In this document: positions 18,194 to 27,352 of the stretch, piece by piece | Numbering within the stretch: position 1 is the first letter of the stretch | Layout: each line of letters begins with the position of its first letter | Source of the DNA: a virus | Lineage: Duplodnaviria; Caudoviricetes | Virus record (IMG/VR): IMGVR_UViG_3300025018_000079 | Span: 1-34,791 of that record | Length of the DNA: 34,791 bases | Reading direction: 5' to 3' (one strand) | The notes under the pieces: generated by a model | Told to the model about the DNA's origin: nothing | Seen by the model: only the letters and a program-made list of their open reading frames with translations | Databases searched by the model: none | Made by a program: the position numbers and the translations under genes

Positions 18194-18583
18194 CTATTTC
18201 TTGATTAATTTTATTGCTGACAGGCGCCGCTTCAGCGATGCTAGGTTCTTATTAATAGCTCTGGTCAAGTACAATTTTCCGGTAATAAACACACTTCTAT
18301 TTCTCCCAGTCTGTCCACCAAATTCTTGAATGGCGGCGTATTCCAAATTACTTCCAATAGATCCAATTTTCATCGTCCCTCCGGACATCGCTACTTCAGT
18401 CTTGTGAGTGATTGACCGTTTCAAGGTTCCGGTTCTTACTGGAACATACCCCGGACTCTTGGCTGTAGTTTTGATGTCTTGCAAGGTATCTTCGGCCGCC
18501 ATTCTCACTCCTGAAGCTAGATTTTTTTTGAAATTATTAAAGTCTTTTTCACTGTATTTAAATTTAACCGATACTGCTGGCAT
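18194..18583 (-). CDS. HK97 gp10-like neck protein
   Basis: PVRTGTLKRSI, SNLEYAAIQEFG, YLTRA. Confidence 0.85.
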   Translation of the reverse strand: MPAVSVKFKYSEKDFNNFKKNLASGVRMAAEDTLQDIKTTAKSPGYVPVRTGTLKRSITHKTEVAMSGGTMKIGSIGSNLEYAAIQEFGGQTGRNRSVFITGKLYLTRAINKNLASLKRRLSAIKLIKK

Positions 18584-18585
18584 AA

Positions 18586-18903
18586 CTATTGTTTTTCTGA
18601 ATGCATTGATATCCGGTATAAGTCATCGCTATCAGGGTTATTCTCGTGTCTTTCAATTCCACTGACTCGATATTCTCTCCCCTTATCGTCAATCACTTTG
18701 GCGCCTATTTCGATTGCGACCGGATCAATGAACATGTCAAAGATTTCTAAATTCGCCTGGTCCCCGAGCACCTGGACCAGATCAGCCCCCTTGCTTTCAA
18801 TGTAAGCCTCTACCCCTGAAAAGTCGGCCGTTGCCGGATAGGTATCTGTACTGGCTCCAAAATCTAAATTGTAGACCGAGACGGTCGCATTTGCTCCGAT
18901 CAT
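18586..18903 (-). CDS. Head closure / head-tail adaptor
   Basis: 105 aa, GREYRV, position. Confidence 0.7.
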   Translation of the reverse strand: MIGANATVSVYNLDFGASTDTYPATADFSGVEAYIESKGADLVQVLGDQANLEIFDMFIDPVAIEIGAKVIDDKGREYRVSGIERHENNPDSDDLYRISMHSEKQ

Positions 18904-19766
18904 ACGGTTCTTACCCCCACCTTTTTATAAGGCTTCAAGAGGTCATTAAACTGATTAAATTCAGCATCGGAGGCAAAGCTAACGGTTTTCGACCCAATCG
19001 TGTAGCTCTTTAGTTTAGGATTCTTCCGGGAGTTCATCAGGTTGGCTACGTAGATCATGACTGCCAGTCTGATATCCTCCGGCATGTTTTCTTTCTGATT
19101 ACTTGAAAGCTGCAAGGTGCTTCCCGATAGAGCTAACCTGACGAGATCTGACGTCGTTATTGTCCTCCCTACGACTTGCGGGTTGGTTCCCTCAATAACA
19201 TAGACATCGCCGCCCAGCGCGAATGCGTTCGTGCCGGCCTTAGCCTGAATGGCCGCAGCGATTGCCGTCGCTTCGTCCTCAATCGAGGTAGCGGGACTCC
19301 AGTCTGTACCTCGAGTGATTGTATATCCATCTGTGTTGATGGCGCCGAGCGTAATGGTTGCATCGGCCGCCAGGTTAGCTAAATCGGTAATAGTTATCTT
19401 GGCGTATCCGTAAGAGTGATATCCGGCCGCATAGGTCACTTTCGCTTCCCTAGGCCCAGCTGATAGCCAATTCTCGAGCTTTACGCGGCTCACCAGGACG
19501 TCGTAGGGGTCGTCCTGGGTATATTCGTCATCTCCGTTCATTATCTTGCTGATTGCCACAATCGGCGTATCGTATAAATCCAAGTACTGACCGTCGGCAT
19601 CATGAACCTCATCGGTCACTTTATGAAGAGATAAATCATTCGCTCCCAGGACACCATTAACGACAGCGGTAGCCATCTTATTGAACATCGCCAATAAAGT
19701 ATCGCTACTAGATGCGGTTATTCCCATGAAAGATTTTATTTCTTCTGTTGTGACGTAGAGATTCAT
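18900..19766 (-). CDS. Head-tail connector (gp6-like) with an inserted domain
   Basis: YVTTEEIKSFM, VTYAAGY, PEDIRLAV, LLKPYK. Confidence 0.8.
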   Translation of the reverse strand: MNLYVTTEEIKSFMGITASSSDTLLAMFNKMATAVVNGVLGANDLSLHKVTDEVHDADGQYLDLYDTPIVAISKIMNGDDEYTQDDPYDVLVSRVKLENWLSAGPREAKVTYAAGYHSYGYAKITITDLANLAADATITLGAINTDGYTITRGTDWSPATSIEDEATAIAAAIQAKAGTNAFALGGDVYVIEGTNPQVVGRTITTSDLVRLALSGSTLQLSSNQKENMPEDIRLAVMIYVANLMNSRKNPKLKSYTIGSKTVSFASDAEFNQFNDLLKPYKKVGVRTV

Positions 19767-19767
19767 A

Positions 19768-20052
19768 TTATTTTGATTTATATCCGGTCGCTCCCAGGAA
19801 GCCCTCGATGTTCGATAGACGGGTATTTATACTCGTGGCTAGGTCGTAGTACTTAGTGGCTGCATCTTGGGCGGTCTTGTAATTACTTTCCATTTGATCA
19901 GCTCTACTTTCTAGAACAGCCACCCGAGCGGTCACAGAATAAAAAGCCGCGGCACAACCTAGAATTACAGCTCCGACCGTTATTAAAAACGCTATTTTTT
20001 TATCAAATGTTTTATTAGCTGTGATTTCAGCTTTATCCTCGGTGTTACCCAT
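19768..20052 (-). CDS. Single-TM coiled-coil protein (holin/XhlA-like candidate)
   Basis: TM helix, RVAVLE, RLSNIEG. Confidence 0.6.
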   Translation of the reverse strand: MGNTEDKAEITANKTFDKKIAFLITVGAVILGCAAAFYSVTARVAVLESRADQMESNYKTAQDAATKYYDLATSINTRLSNIEGFLGATGYKSK

Positions 20053-20066
20053 ATCCTAAATGCTAA

Positions 20067-20582
20067 TTAATTTTTTACTTCTTCCTCCCCCTCTTCGGAT
20101 TCGTCGGCTTCTTCAGTTTCGCCATCAGCCTGGTCAGATAACACATCCTTTAAGAGCCCAGCTAATTCAGCCTTGGTAGCCTGGTCATTGAAAGAGGCGC
20201 CGCGCTTTTTCAGCTGAGTGACAATTTCGGCTTTCTTCATGCCGTCAACATCATCAGCGGTGATATCTTCGTCATCATCATCTCCGGCTTCCTCCCCCTC
20301 TTCGGATTCGTCGGCTTTCTTGGCCTTTTTCGCTTCCTTAGCAGCTAATTTCGCCACCATCTCGTTGTACTTGTGCTTGACCGGCTCATCACCATCAAAG
20401 GTCCACAAATAGGAATAAGAGAGCAGCTCACGAGCCTGCTTCAGGCTGACATTAATCACGTCGCCTTTCTTTACCTCGATCTTTTCGGCTTCGCCGTAAA
20501 TAAGGACCTTGGTGTCATCGCCATGCCACTTTAAAGCGACCATGGACTTGTCGGTTAGATCTTTTTTTAAGTCGTATTTCAT
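20067..20582 (-). CDS. Acidic protein with HeH/LEM-like motif
   Basis: MKKAEIVTQLKKRGASFNDQATKAELAGLL. Confidence 0.7.
   Translation of the reverse strand: MKYDLKKDLTDKSMVALKWHGDDTKVLIYGEAEKIEVKKGDVINVSLKQARELLSYSYLWTFDGDEPVKHKYNEMVAKLAAKEAKKAKKADESEEGEEAGDDDDEDITADDVDGMKKAEIVTQLKKRGASFNDQATKAELAGLLKDVLSDQADGETEEADESEEGEEEVKN
20081..20317. repeat. 30-bp exact direct repeat
   Basis: 20081-20110 equals 20288-20317 (ADESEEGEE). Confidence 0.9.
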
Positions 20583-20613
20583 AGATTTAAACTATTTAAA
20601 AATAGTTAATTAA

Positions 20614-21237
20614 TTAAGCGCTCTTGCGAGCATTGATTTTTAAGCTGGCAGTCGGAGCAGTTCCGCCCAAGACGATCTTGTAGCGGAGGAATGCCAACGG
20701 CTCGGTAGTATGCAGCTCGCTGACTCCGGTGGCGTTTAGGCTCGCGCTCGCGGTCCGATCAATCCAGTTTTCCTTGTCCATGCTGACTTGAGGAGTAACC
20801 ACGACAGTTCCGGCCGCTGTTAGGGCATCAATATCGATGACCGCATCGACCTGTTCCGGATTAATTCCGGAGAATTCAATCGCATCCGTATAGGTCGCAT
20901 CTACGCCTCCGGTTAGGGTCGCGCCGCTGACAACCATGGTCCCGGTGTTGCTTTCTCCCAAAGCTAAAGTTATCGCATTCCCTGCGGCCCCTGGAGCGGC
21001 CGCTACGATGTTTATTACCCCATCAGCTACTTCTGAGTTGATGCCGGTTAAAGCCTCAATCAGAGCCTCTAATTCAGCAATACTGCTGAATTCTCCGGCG
21101 CTTGGGCTTTCAGCTACGCAGGTCAAAGTATTGCTATTAACTATGACTGTATCGCCAACAGCCGGCTCGCCGTAAGTGATAGATCCTTTGGCGTGCTGTT
21201 CGAGGCCGGTTACCTTGTAATTTAATTCGTCATTCAT
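20614..21237 (-). CDS. Virion structural / head decoration protein
   Basis: Right after the capsid gene; A/G/T-rich, GDTVIV, GAAGNAITL, LTGG. Confidence 0.65.
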   Translation of the reverse strand: MNDELNYKVTGLEQHAKGSITYGEPAVGDTVIVNSNTLTCVAESPSAGEFSSIAELEALIEALTGINSEVADGVINIVAAAPGAAGNAITLALGESNTGTMVVSGATLTGGVDATYTDAIEFSGINPEQVDAVIDIDALTAAGTVVVTPQVSMDKENWIDRTASASLNATGVSELHTTEPLAFLRYKIVLGGTAPTASLKINARKSA

Positions 21238-21298
21238 AAATTTAAAGATTTATTTATAGTCTTAGCACCGCCCCCGAGTGATCGGGAGCGGAAAAAGA

Positions 21299-22393
21299 CT
21301 ACAACGTGATGTTGATGCCAGCGGCAACAGTCGGATTGGAGAGACTGGCTTCGGAATCCACGATAGTGAATGCGAAGTCGAAAGTCGCAACCAAGCGATA
21401 ACCGTAACCAGCGACACGAACGACCTCCAGCTTGAAGTCCTGGCCGAAGCCGTATTGGACAGCCGGCTTGTACAAGGCTAAGGTCTGACCCTTAGTGTTG
21501 TTGCCAGCGGTAGCGGAGACCTTTCCGTCCGCTTCAGTAAGCGGAACAAGGTGATGAGTCAACACGTCGACACCAAAAGGAGTCGGAACGATGCCGCTCT
21601 GGATGGTTGCGCGATCACCGGAATTGGCAATCAGCTTGAAAGCATCCAAAGTTTTCATCTTGTTGGTCACCTGGATAGGCTGGATGAATAAACATTCACC
21701 CGGGATAGTCGCATAGCGGCCAAGAACGCCCAACAGATCCATATAGTCGGTATCAGCTAAAGTGCCGAAGTCCTTAGTATAGGAGCCGTTGATAGCGCGT
21801 TCGCGAATACCGTGGTCAATCATCAAGGCATAGTACTTAGCACCGCCGTTAGCAGCGTAAGTGGTAGCCGGAGCTTGATCGTCGGAATTAACGTTGCCGG
21901 TTGCGCCGGTTTCGCTGTCTCCATTGATGATCAAGCCATCAACAGTTAAAGCCATACCGCGAGCAATTTCGGACTTAACGTATTCCTCGGTATTAGCAGC
22001 ATTGTATTTAAGCTGCTCGTCGGAGATATCAACTTCGCAAATGAAGCTGACCTGCTCCAAGGAAACCTGCTTAGTTTTGACCTTAGCTTGACCGTGGTCA
22101 TCTTCGGTCTGGCTTCCGGTGCCAGTGGTCCACTGACCCTTGCCTTGGAACATGGTGTCGCCGATAGAGAGACCCTTAGCGGCGGCGGTGTACTTCTTAG
22201 GCAGACCAGTTCCGTGGTTGCCAGGAAGCAACGGCAAAAGGTTGGAGTACTTAGGCATCAAGTCAATGACCTCTTTCACAAAGACTTCGGAGGGAACGAA
22301 TTCCGCGCCGTAGCCAGAGTTACCAGTGTTCATGACCTCATTGGCCTTGACTTCAACACCTGCCATCTTTTTCAACATTGAGATTACGTCCAT
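21299..22393 (-). CDS. Major capsid protein (HK97 fold)
   Basis: GAEFVP, ISDEQL, IINGD; follows the protease. Confidence 0.9.
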   Translation of the reverse strand: MDVISMLKKMAGVEVKANEVMNTGNSGYGAEFVPSEVFVKEVIDLMPKYSNLLPLLPGNHGTGLPKKYTAAAKGLSIGDTMFQGKGQWTTGTGSQTEDDHGQAKVKTKQVSLEQVSFICEVDISDEQLKYNAANTEEYVKSEIARGMALTVDGLIINGDSETGATGNVNSDDQAPATTYAANGGAKYYALMIDHGIRERAINGSYTKDFGTLADTDYMDLLGVLGRYATIPGECLFIQPIQVTNKMKTLDAFKLIANSGDRATIQSGIVPTPFGVDVLTHHLVPLTEADGKVSATAGNNTKGQTLALYKPAVQYGFGQDFKLEVVRVAGYGYRLVATFDFAFTIVDSEASLSNPTVAAGINITL

Positions 22394-22431
22394 AGATTTG
22401 GCTATGTTAAATTTAGTTAATTAAATGTCGC

Positions 22432-23628
22432 TTATTTTTTCATGCCGAACATGGCCATGAATTCCGGACTCGCTTCTTTCTTCTCGTCTTTGGTCAATTC
22501 CTTACTCTCCTCGTATTGACCCATGACGGTTAAAGCGCGCTTTTCCGGGATAGTAGCCAGCTTGGCTTCCATACCTGCCGCCTTTTCGGCCAGCTCCTTG
22601 TAGGAAGCGACCATTTTGGCAATCAGGTTAGTCACAGACTTGGGCAAATTAATTGCCCCGGCATCCTTAGACTCAACGAAGAGCCCGGCCTGTACGAGTT
22701 CCGGCAGCGACTTTGCCGTCTCGCTATCAACGCCTATAGCTTCTCCTGCTTCCGGTTTCGCCTCTTCAGGCTTCTCCTCAGGTTTGGCCTCGGCATTTGG
22801 TTCCTCGCCGTTACCGGCTTCTCCACCATCCGCGGGCGCGCTCCCAGCGCCCTTTTCAGCCTCTTCCTTAGGTTCTTCACCCTCGGGCTTATCTTCAGCA
22901 GCTTCTGCATCTTTTTTAGCTTGCGCCTCGGCCGCTTTTTCTTCATCAGACTTCTCTTCTTCCGGTTTTTCTCCGCCCTCTTCAGCTTTGGCAGCCGCTT
23001 CTTCGGCCGCCGCCTTTTCAGCGGCAATTTCTTCTTCAGTTTTTTCCGGCGTTTCATTTTCCACACCGGCTTCTTTTTTGATCAACATAGATTTAGTGAC
23101 TAATTGATTAAAGTACTGCTTCACGGATTTTGCGATCGTGAAGAGCGCGTTGCCGTTGGCAGGAGTTGAAACTATTGAAATCTCGACCAGGTCGAGCTTC
23201 TTGATAACGCGGACCATGTCCTTATCCCAAGGGCTGTCTACTTCAGCGTTGAACGGAGTTCCATCTTCATGCTGCAGGGTGCTTTCAAGCGGAATATAAC
23301 CGATTGAGAAAGCGCGGAAACGATTCTCAAGAACATCCTTTTTAGTTTCCTCTTCGGTTACCAAGGCGCGAATCCAGAGACCTTTATCGGTTATCCTGGC
23401 TTCTACAACGTGGCCGGCCGGGCGGTCCGGATCATGGGAGCGCAACAGCGATGGGTTCTTCATGAATAAAGTCAGAGCGTTGCTAAAAGCAGCAGGCTCG
23501 ACGATATCCTTATAACGGTCAATATTCGGAGTTGAGGCATAACCCTCAATTTCCACCCCGTCTTGTCCGAGATCTTTCACTTCCTTAACAGCTATTTGGA
23601 AGTGATAGGTTTGGAGTTGAATTTTCAT
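22432..23628 (-). CDS. Prohead protease (HK97 family) with acidic scaffold-like tail
   Basis: IEGYAST, H, GLW, FSIGY, EISIVSTPAN. Confidence 0.92.
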   Translation of the reverse strand: MKIQLQTYHFQIAVKEVKDLGQDGVEIEGYASTPNIDRYKDIVEPAAFSNALTLFMKNPSLLRSHDPDRPAGHVVEARITDKGLWIRALVTEEETKKDVLENRFRAFSIGYIPLESTLQHEDGTPFNAEVDSPWDKDMVRVIKKLDLVEISIVSTPANGNALFTIAKSVKQYFNQLVTKSMLIKKEAGVENETPEKTEEEIAAEKAAAEEAAAKAEEGGEKPEEEKSDEEKAAEAQAKKDAEAAEDKPEGEEPKEEAEKGAGSAPADGGEAGNGEEPNAEAKPEEKPEEAKPEAGEAIGVDSETAKSLPELVQAGLFVESKDAGAINLPKSVTNLIAKMVASYKELAEKAAGMEAKLATIPEKRALTVMGQYEESKELTKDEKKEASPEFMAMFGMKK

Positions 23629-23662
23629 ATAAATTTTATTATTTTCTATTTATTTTCTAGTT

Positions 23663-24526
23663 TTAAAGCGGATTGCCTTGCGTATCTACCCGGCGATATC
23701 CGCAATCGCAGCGGCAACGTGGATTTGTGGACCTGGGAGCGATATCGTCTCCGGAGGGAAAGTGTTCATCGTATCCTATCCAGCCGACTGATTCGTTCGC
23801 CGCGCATTCCGGTGTTACTCTCTCGTCTTGCACCGTTATCCAGTACTTTTGCATCATTGCCCCGGTCTCTCGCTTATAGATGTCTACCATCTTGTGGCTG
23901 CCCTCTCCGTAAGCGTGGCCGATTTCATTCGTGGCAATCATTTCTGATCTAAAGCGACTGAATACCCCCTCAGCTCCCTGGGCGCGTATCTTTCTCCCAG
24001 TTTCCTGATAACTTTGGCCAGTCTCGGCCGCTTCGGTTAATATCTTAAGGATCTGTTTCTTAGTCGTTCTCTTAATGCTCCCACGATAGTCCGACAGGTG
24101 CAGGGTTTTCTTCGCGTTTAGGTAATCGATGGCGTAAGGGTTAACAAGGTCAAAATCCAGGCCGACTGCATCCATTCCGAATTTCAGGTATAAAGTCTTG
24201 GCGCCCTTGCTGTATGCTGTCTTGCCGCTGTTAGCGATATTCTCCGCAATCTCTTGGTTCTCTGGGAGCTCATCGAGCATCTTGTTTATTTCATCCTGTA
24301 CCGCCTTGCGTTCGAGTCTCAAAATTAATGACTTATTGTTGAAAAAACTTAGCTCGGCCGCTTTCTCAATTATCCATTCCATCTGAGCTTTGAATGACCG
24401 ATTTAATTTCCGTTGCAATCTTGCTTCGCTCACAGCCTTAAACTTTCCATTCTCCTGTTTAAGAGCTGCTGCCTTGAATAAGACATAGTCCTCCGCATCT
24501 TTGATTGTGTGATTGTCTATGCACAT
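23663..24526 (-). CDS. Mu gpF / SPP1 gp7-like head morphogenesis protein
   Basis: RSEMIATNE, KYW..DERV..C, PRCRC. Confidence 0.88.
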   Translation of the reverse strand: MCIDNHTIKDAEDYVLFKAAALKQENGKFKAVSEARLQRKLNRSFKAQMEWIIEKAAELSFFNNKSLILRLERKAVQDEINKMLDELPENQEIAENIANSGKTAYSKGAKTLYLKFGMDAVGLDFDLVNPYAIDYLNAKKTLHLSDYRGSIKRTTKKQILKILTEAAETGQSYQETGRKIRAQGAEGVFSRFRSEMIATNEIGHAYGEGSHKMVDIYKRETGAMMQKYWITVQDERVTPECAANESVGWIGYDEHFPSGDDIAPRSTNPRCRCDCGYRRVDTQGNPL

Positions 24527-24529
24527 GCC

Positions 24530-24865
24530 TTATTCGTTAATGGTGTTTTTATTAGCCTTGTTGATCAGGCTATTTCTTAAGGTGGTATACTGAGCGGCCG
24601 TATAGCTTTTGCCATTCAATACCACACCCTTTGTTTCTGTCCGGGAAAGAATCAGCTGATTAAACTTCTCTATGGCGTTATTTCTAACATCGCGCAAATC
24701 GACGTCTCCGCCGGCTTGCTTGATTTCATAGTCATAGACCTGCATCAGCGTGTTAAATTCGTCCACGGTCATGGGGGAGGGTGTAGACCCTCCCAGAATC
24801 ACCGCGCCAGCGATAACCGCTGCTCCCGCTGTTCCGACTAAAATGTTCTTGATGCTATTCTTCAC
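24530..24865 (-). CDS. Membrane-anchored hypothetical protein
   Basis: Likely GTG start at 24865; N-terminal hydrophobic helix. Confidence 0.65.
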   Translation of the reverse strand: MKNSIKNILVGTAGAAVIAGAVILGGSTPSPMTVDEFNTLMQVYDYEIKQAGGDVDLRDVRNNAIEKFNQLILSRTETKGVVLNGKSYTAAQYTTLRNSLINKANKNTINE

Positions 24866-24869
24866 AAAA

Positions 24870-25076
24870 TTAATATCCTTTAGCCCATTCTCTGATGGCG
24901 TTAGTAAACGTAGGGACCGCCCAGGCAATCAAGCCGGCCAAGACCGGATTGGAGATGTCTAAGGCCCCCAGGTAATCGCACACCGCGATACCGGCCGCCG
25001 CAGTGGCGGAGATAAGCGCTCCTTTTAAGATTTTTGTCATTGTCGCCTTGTCGAACGACCATGCTTTTTGATTCAT
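24870..25076 (-). CDS. Holin-like two-TM protein
   Basis: 68 aa, two hydrophobic helices, NAIREWAKG end. Confidence 0.6.
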   Translation of the reverse strand: MNQKAWSFDKATMTKILKGALISATAAAGIAVCDYLGALDISNPVLAGLIAWAVPTFTNAIREWAKGY

Positions 25077-25091
25077 ATGTGTAAAAATTAT

Positions 25092-25931
25092 TTATAGATA
25101 ACTTGGTACGAACATTTGATATTGGTTCCTGATGTTCAGCGGGAATGTCCTTAAATAGGTCGCGGTCGTTTCCAGAAAGACATGCCCCAGCTGTTCCTTG
25201 ATCATGTAGAGGTTGGCGCCGCGCTTCAGCAGGTTTGTTGCCAGGCTGTGGCGTAGCAGGTGCGGATAAACTCTCTTGTTTATCTTGGCCCGGCGTGATA
25301 GCACGTGGACCAATTTCCTTAAGTCGCTCGGGTTGTACTTGTGGCCGTCTCTCAAAGTCGTGAAGAGATAATCCTCTCCTTTCCTCGGAAACTGATTCAG
25401 GTAATCTATCAAGATCCGGGAACATTCCCCGGCGATATTGATTAGCCGGTCTTTCATTCCCTTGCCTTGGGTAACGCGGACCATGTTGTCGCCAAGGTTT
25501 ACGTCGTTCACGCGCAAGTTGCAAAGCTCCTTGTTCCTGATACCGGAATATGCAAGCAAAGATATTATCGATTTTTCTCTGATATTCTTGGCCGCATCGA
25601 TCAGCAGTGTCACCTCCGCTTCGCTCAAGGTGTTCTTGATCATTGTCTTTGGTTTCTTCGGCCGGCCGAGTTGCAGCGGATTGCCGATGTAATCCATGTA
25701 CCATTCCAGCGCCAGCGACGTGTTGACGATGTGGGCGTAGGAGTACTCTTTCTCGTGCATCTTCACGATGTAGTTGATTATCTGATCGTGAGTCGGCTCG
25801 TAGGTCTTGAGCGCTCTTATCAGCCGGCTGGCTGATCCTTGATACCCGGAAATCGTCACATAGCCGATTCCCTTTTTGACTAGGAGCCATTTTCCGAACT
25901 CCGTCATCCTCTCTCTTAATTCGTTTGTCAT
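25092..25931 (-). CDS. Second tyrosine recombinase (XerD-like)
   Basis: YSGIRNKE, GKGMKDR, PHLLRHS, LGH, TATY: complete catalytic set. Confidence 0.93.
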   Translation of the reverse strand: MTNELRERMTEFGKWLLVKKGIGYVTISGYQGSASRLIRALKTYEPTHDQIINYIVKMHEKEYSYAHIVNTSLALEWYMDYIGNPLQLGRPKKPKTMIKNTLSEAEVTLLIDAAKNIREKSIISLLAYSGIRNKELCNLRVNDVNLGDNMVRVTQGKGMKDRLINIAGECSRILIDYLNQFPRKGEDYLFTTLRDGHKYNPSDLRKLVHVLSRRAKINKRVYPHLLRHSLATNLLKRGANLYMIKEQLGHVFLETTATYLRTFPLNIRNQYQMFVPSYL

Positions 25932-25958
25932 ACATTTTTTTGTGCTTAGTTTATTAGC

Positions 25959-25982
25959 TGACCACTGAGACAGCAGTGGTCA
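25959..25982. promoter_or_regulatory. Hairpin in the recombinase leader
   Basis: TGACCACTG-6 nt-CAGTGGTCA perfect stem; possible -35 TTGACT at 26012-26017 on the minus strand. Confidence 0.5.
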
Positions 25983-26202
25983 AGACAACACAATGCTCCG
26001 AACACGAATTAAGTCAAGTTTTTTCAGGTTGATAAGGTACTTTTTTGCCTCTCAGGTTTCTTTCGTACGAGGCGCTAGCATTCCATCTCTTTCTATGTAA
26101 ATTTTCTAGCCGCAAATTTCGTTAATTTGGTCCGTTTCCGTTCAGTTAGTCCAGTCTGGGAGGAAAAGCGCAACACGGTGCCAAATTTTGCCAACAAAAA
26201 GC

Positions 26203-27348
26203 CTACGGACAGGTGGTCGCGGTTACCAGTCCGTTCTTAACTGTGATCGTACAAGCTCCTGAATCGTCAGCTTTCCTTACGTTTATTGTGGTTGACGTGC
26301 CAATCGTGCCATCGCTTGATTTATAGCCTGTTGCCTTGATGTTGCCGTTAACTTCCAACTTCTCTCCGGGTGCAGTGGTCCCTATCCCGACGTTGCTAGA
26401 ACCAGTAACCACAAATGAACCTTCAGTTCCTCCTCCTCGAACTTCAAGCGCTCTATCTCCTGCACTATCTCCTCCTCCAAATAAAACCATGTTATCATTT
26501 TGTAAATTCTTAGAAACAAATGAGAAAAATGCTGTACCATTATTTTCCACAATTAAACCATGCTCATTTATATCAGCTTTAATACTAGTATGAACCGCTG
26601 AAGAGATAGTATTTATAGCTGAACCAAAAAGCACATCTCCGCTGACCTCTAATTTCCGTGAAGGTGCCGTCGTCCCTATCCCTACCGAGCCAGCTGTGTA
26701 GTAAACATTGCTGCCGGATGTCGTCCATTGTGAGCTCACTTTGCTGTTAAAGGTGGACCAATCAGTGTTTGAAAGGTAGCCGGATGCTGTGCTGCTGGCC
26801 TTGGTAATGCTTAGATTATTAGCCGCCAAGACGAGCGGTGACGTGGCACTAGTGATCCGATTATCAGCTGAGCTATAAAGATTGCCTAAAGTGTCGGCCA
26901 TGATCAGCGTAGCGGTTGAGCTTGCCAGGGTGTTTATCTTGACCTGCCCGGATGAGCTAATGGATAAAGTGTCGGTTCCGCCGTTAACAAATTTAAAGGC
27001 ATCATTTCCGGTCCACATCAGGCCAGTATTGGTGTCAGAGTTGAAAGAATAAGACGGAGCCGTTGAGGTTCCGTTAGCGGCCCTTATTTGCCCGCCTACG
27101 ACCATATCGCCTGAAACCGTTCCACTTACCGCAATTGAGCCGATAGTCGCGTTAGAGGCGTCTAAATTCGTGAACCAGCCCTTTTGAATTCGGGAGGTGG
27201 CGCTGCCTAGTTCCCAGGAGCTCACAACCGGCCTAATTGAGCCGCTTACGATCTTCCAAAGGTTAGGTGCGGTTACTTGGGCCGAAGCTATGCCGCCAAT
27301 TCCTAGGGCAGCGATTATGATTGTTATTAAAAGCCATTTCTTCTTCAT
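26203..27348 (-). CDS. Secreted adhesin / fibre-like protein with two VGIGTTAP repeats
   Basis: Signal peptide (..ASA-Q), APSYSF.SDTNTG, GYLSNTDWSTFNSK, two VGIGTTAP..KLEV.G. Confidence 0.85.
   Translation of the reverse strand: MKKKWLLITIIIAALGIGGIASAQVTAPNLWKIVSGSIRPVVSSWELGSATSRIQKGWFTNLDASNATIGSIAVSGTVSGDMVVGGQIRAANGTSTAPSYSFNSDTNTGLMWTGNDAFKFVNGGTDTLSISSSGQVKINTLASSTATLIMADTLGNLYSSADNRITSATSPLVLAANNLSITKASSTASGYLSNTDWSTFNSKVSSQWTTSGSNVYYTAGSVGIGTTAPSRKLEVSGDVLFGSAINTISSAVHTSIKADINEHGLIVENNGTAFFSFVSKNLQNDNMVLFGGGDSAGDRALEVRGGGTEGSFVVTGSSNVGIGTTAPGEKLEVNGNIKATGYKSSDGTIGTSTTINVRKADDSGACTITVKNGLVTATTCP
26369..26685. repeat. 23-bp direct repeats bounding a 294-bp in-frame module
   Basis: 26369-26391 vs 26663-26685: 20/23 identical with an exact 11-bp core GTCCCTATCCC. 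Confidence 0.8.
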
Positions 27349-27352
27349 ATGC

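Noticed and set aside
24901-25935. 344-aa minus-strand ORF overlapping the second recombinase
   Set aside because: Alternate-frame shadow in GC-rich DNA; Arg-rich with no motifs, while the recombinase frame has all catalytic residues
25092-27348. Invertible shufflon or classical integron
   Set aside because: No inverted silent cassettes or attC array seen, and the recombinase lacks an obvious IntI-specific insertion
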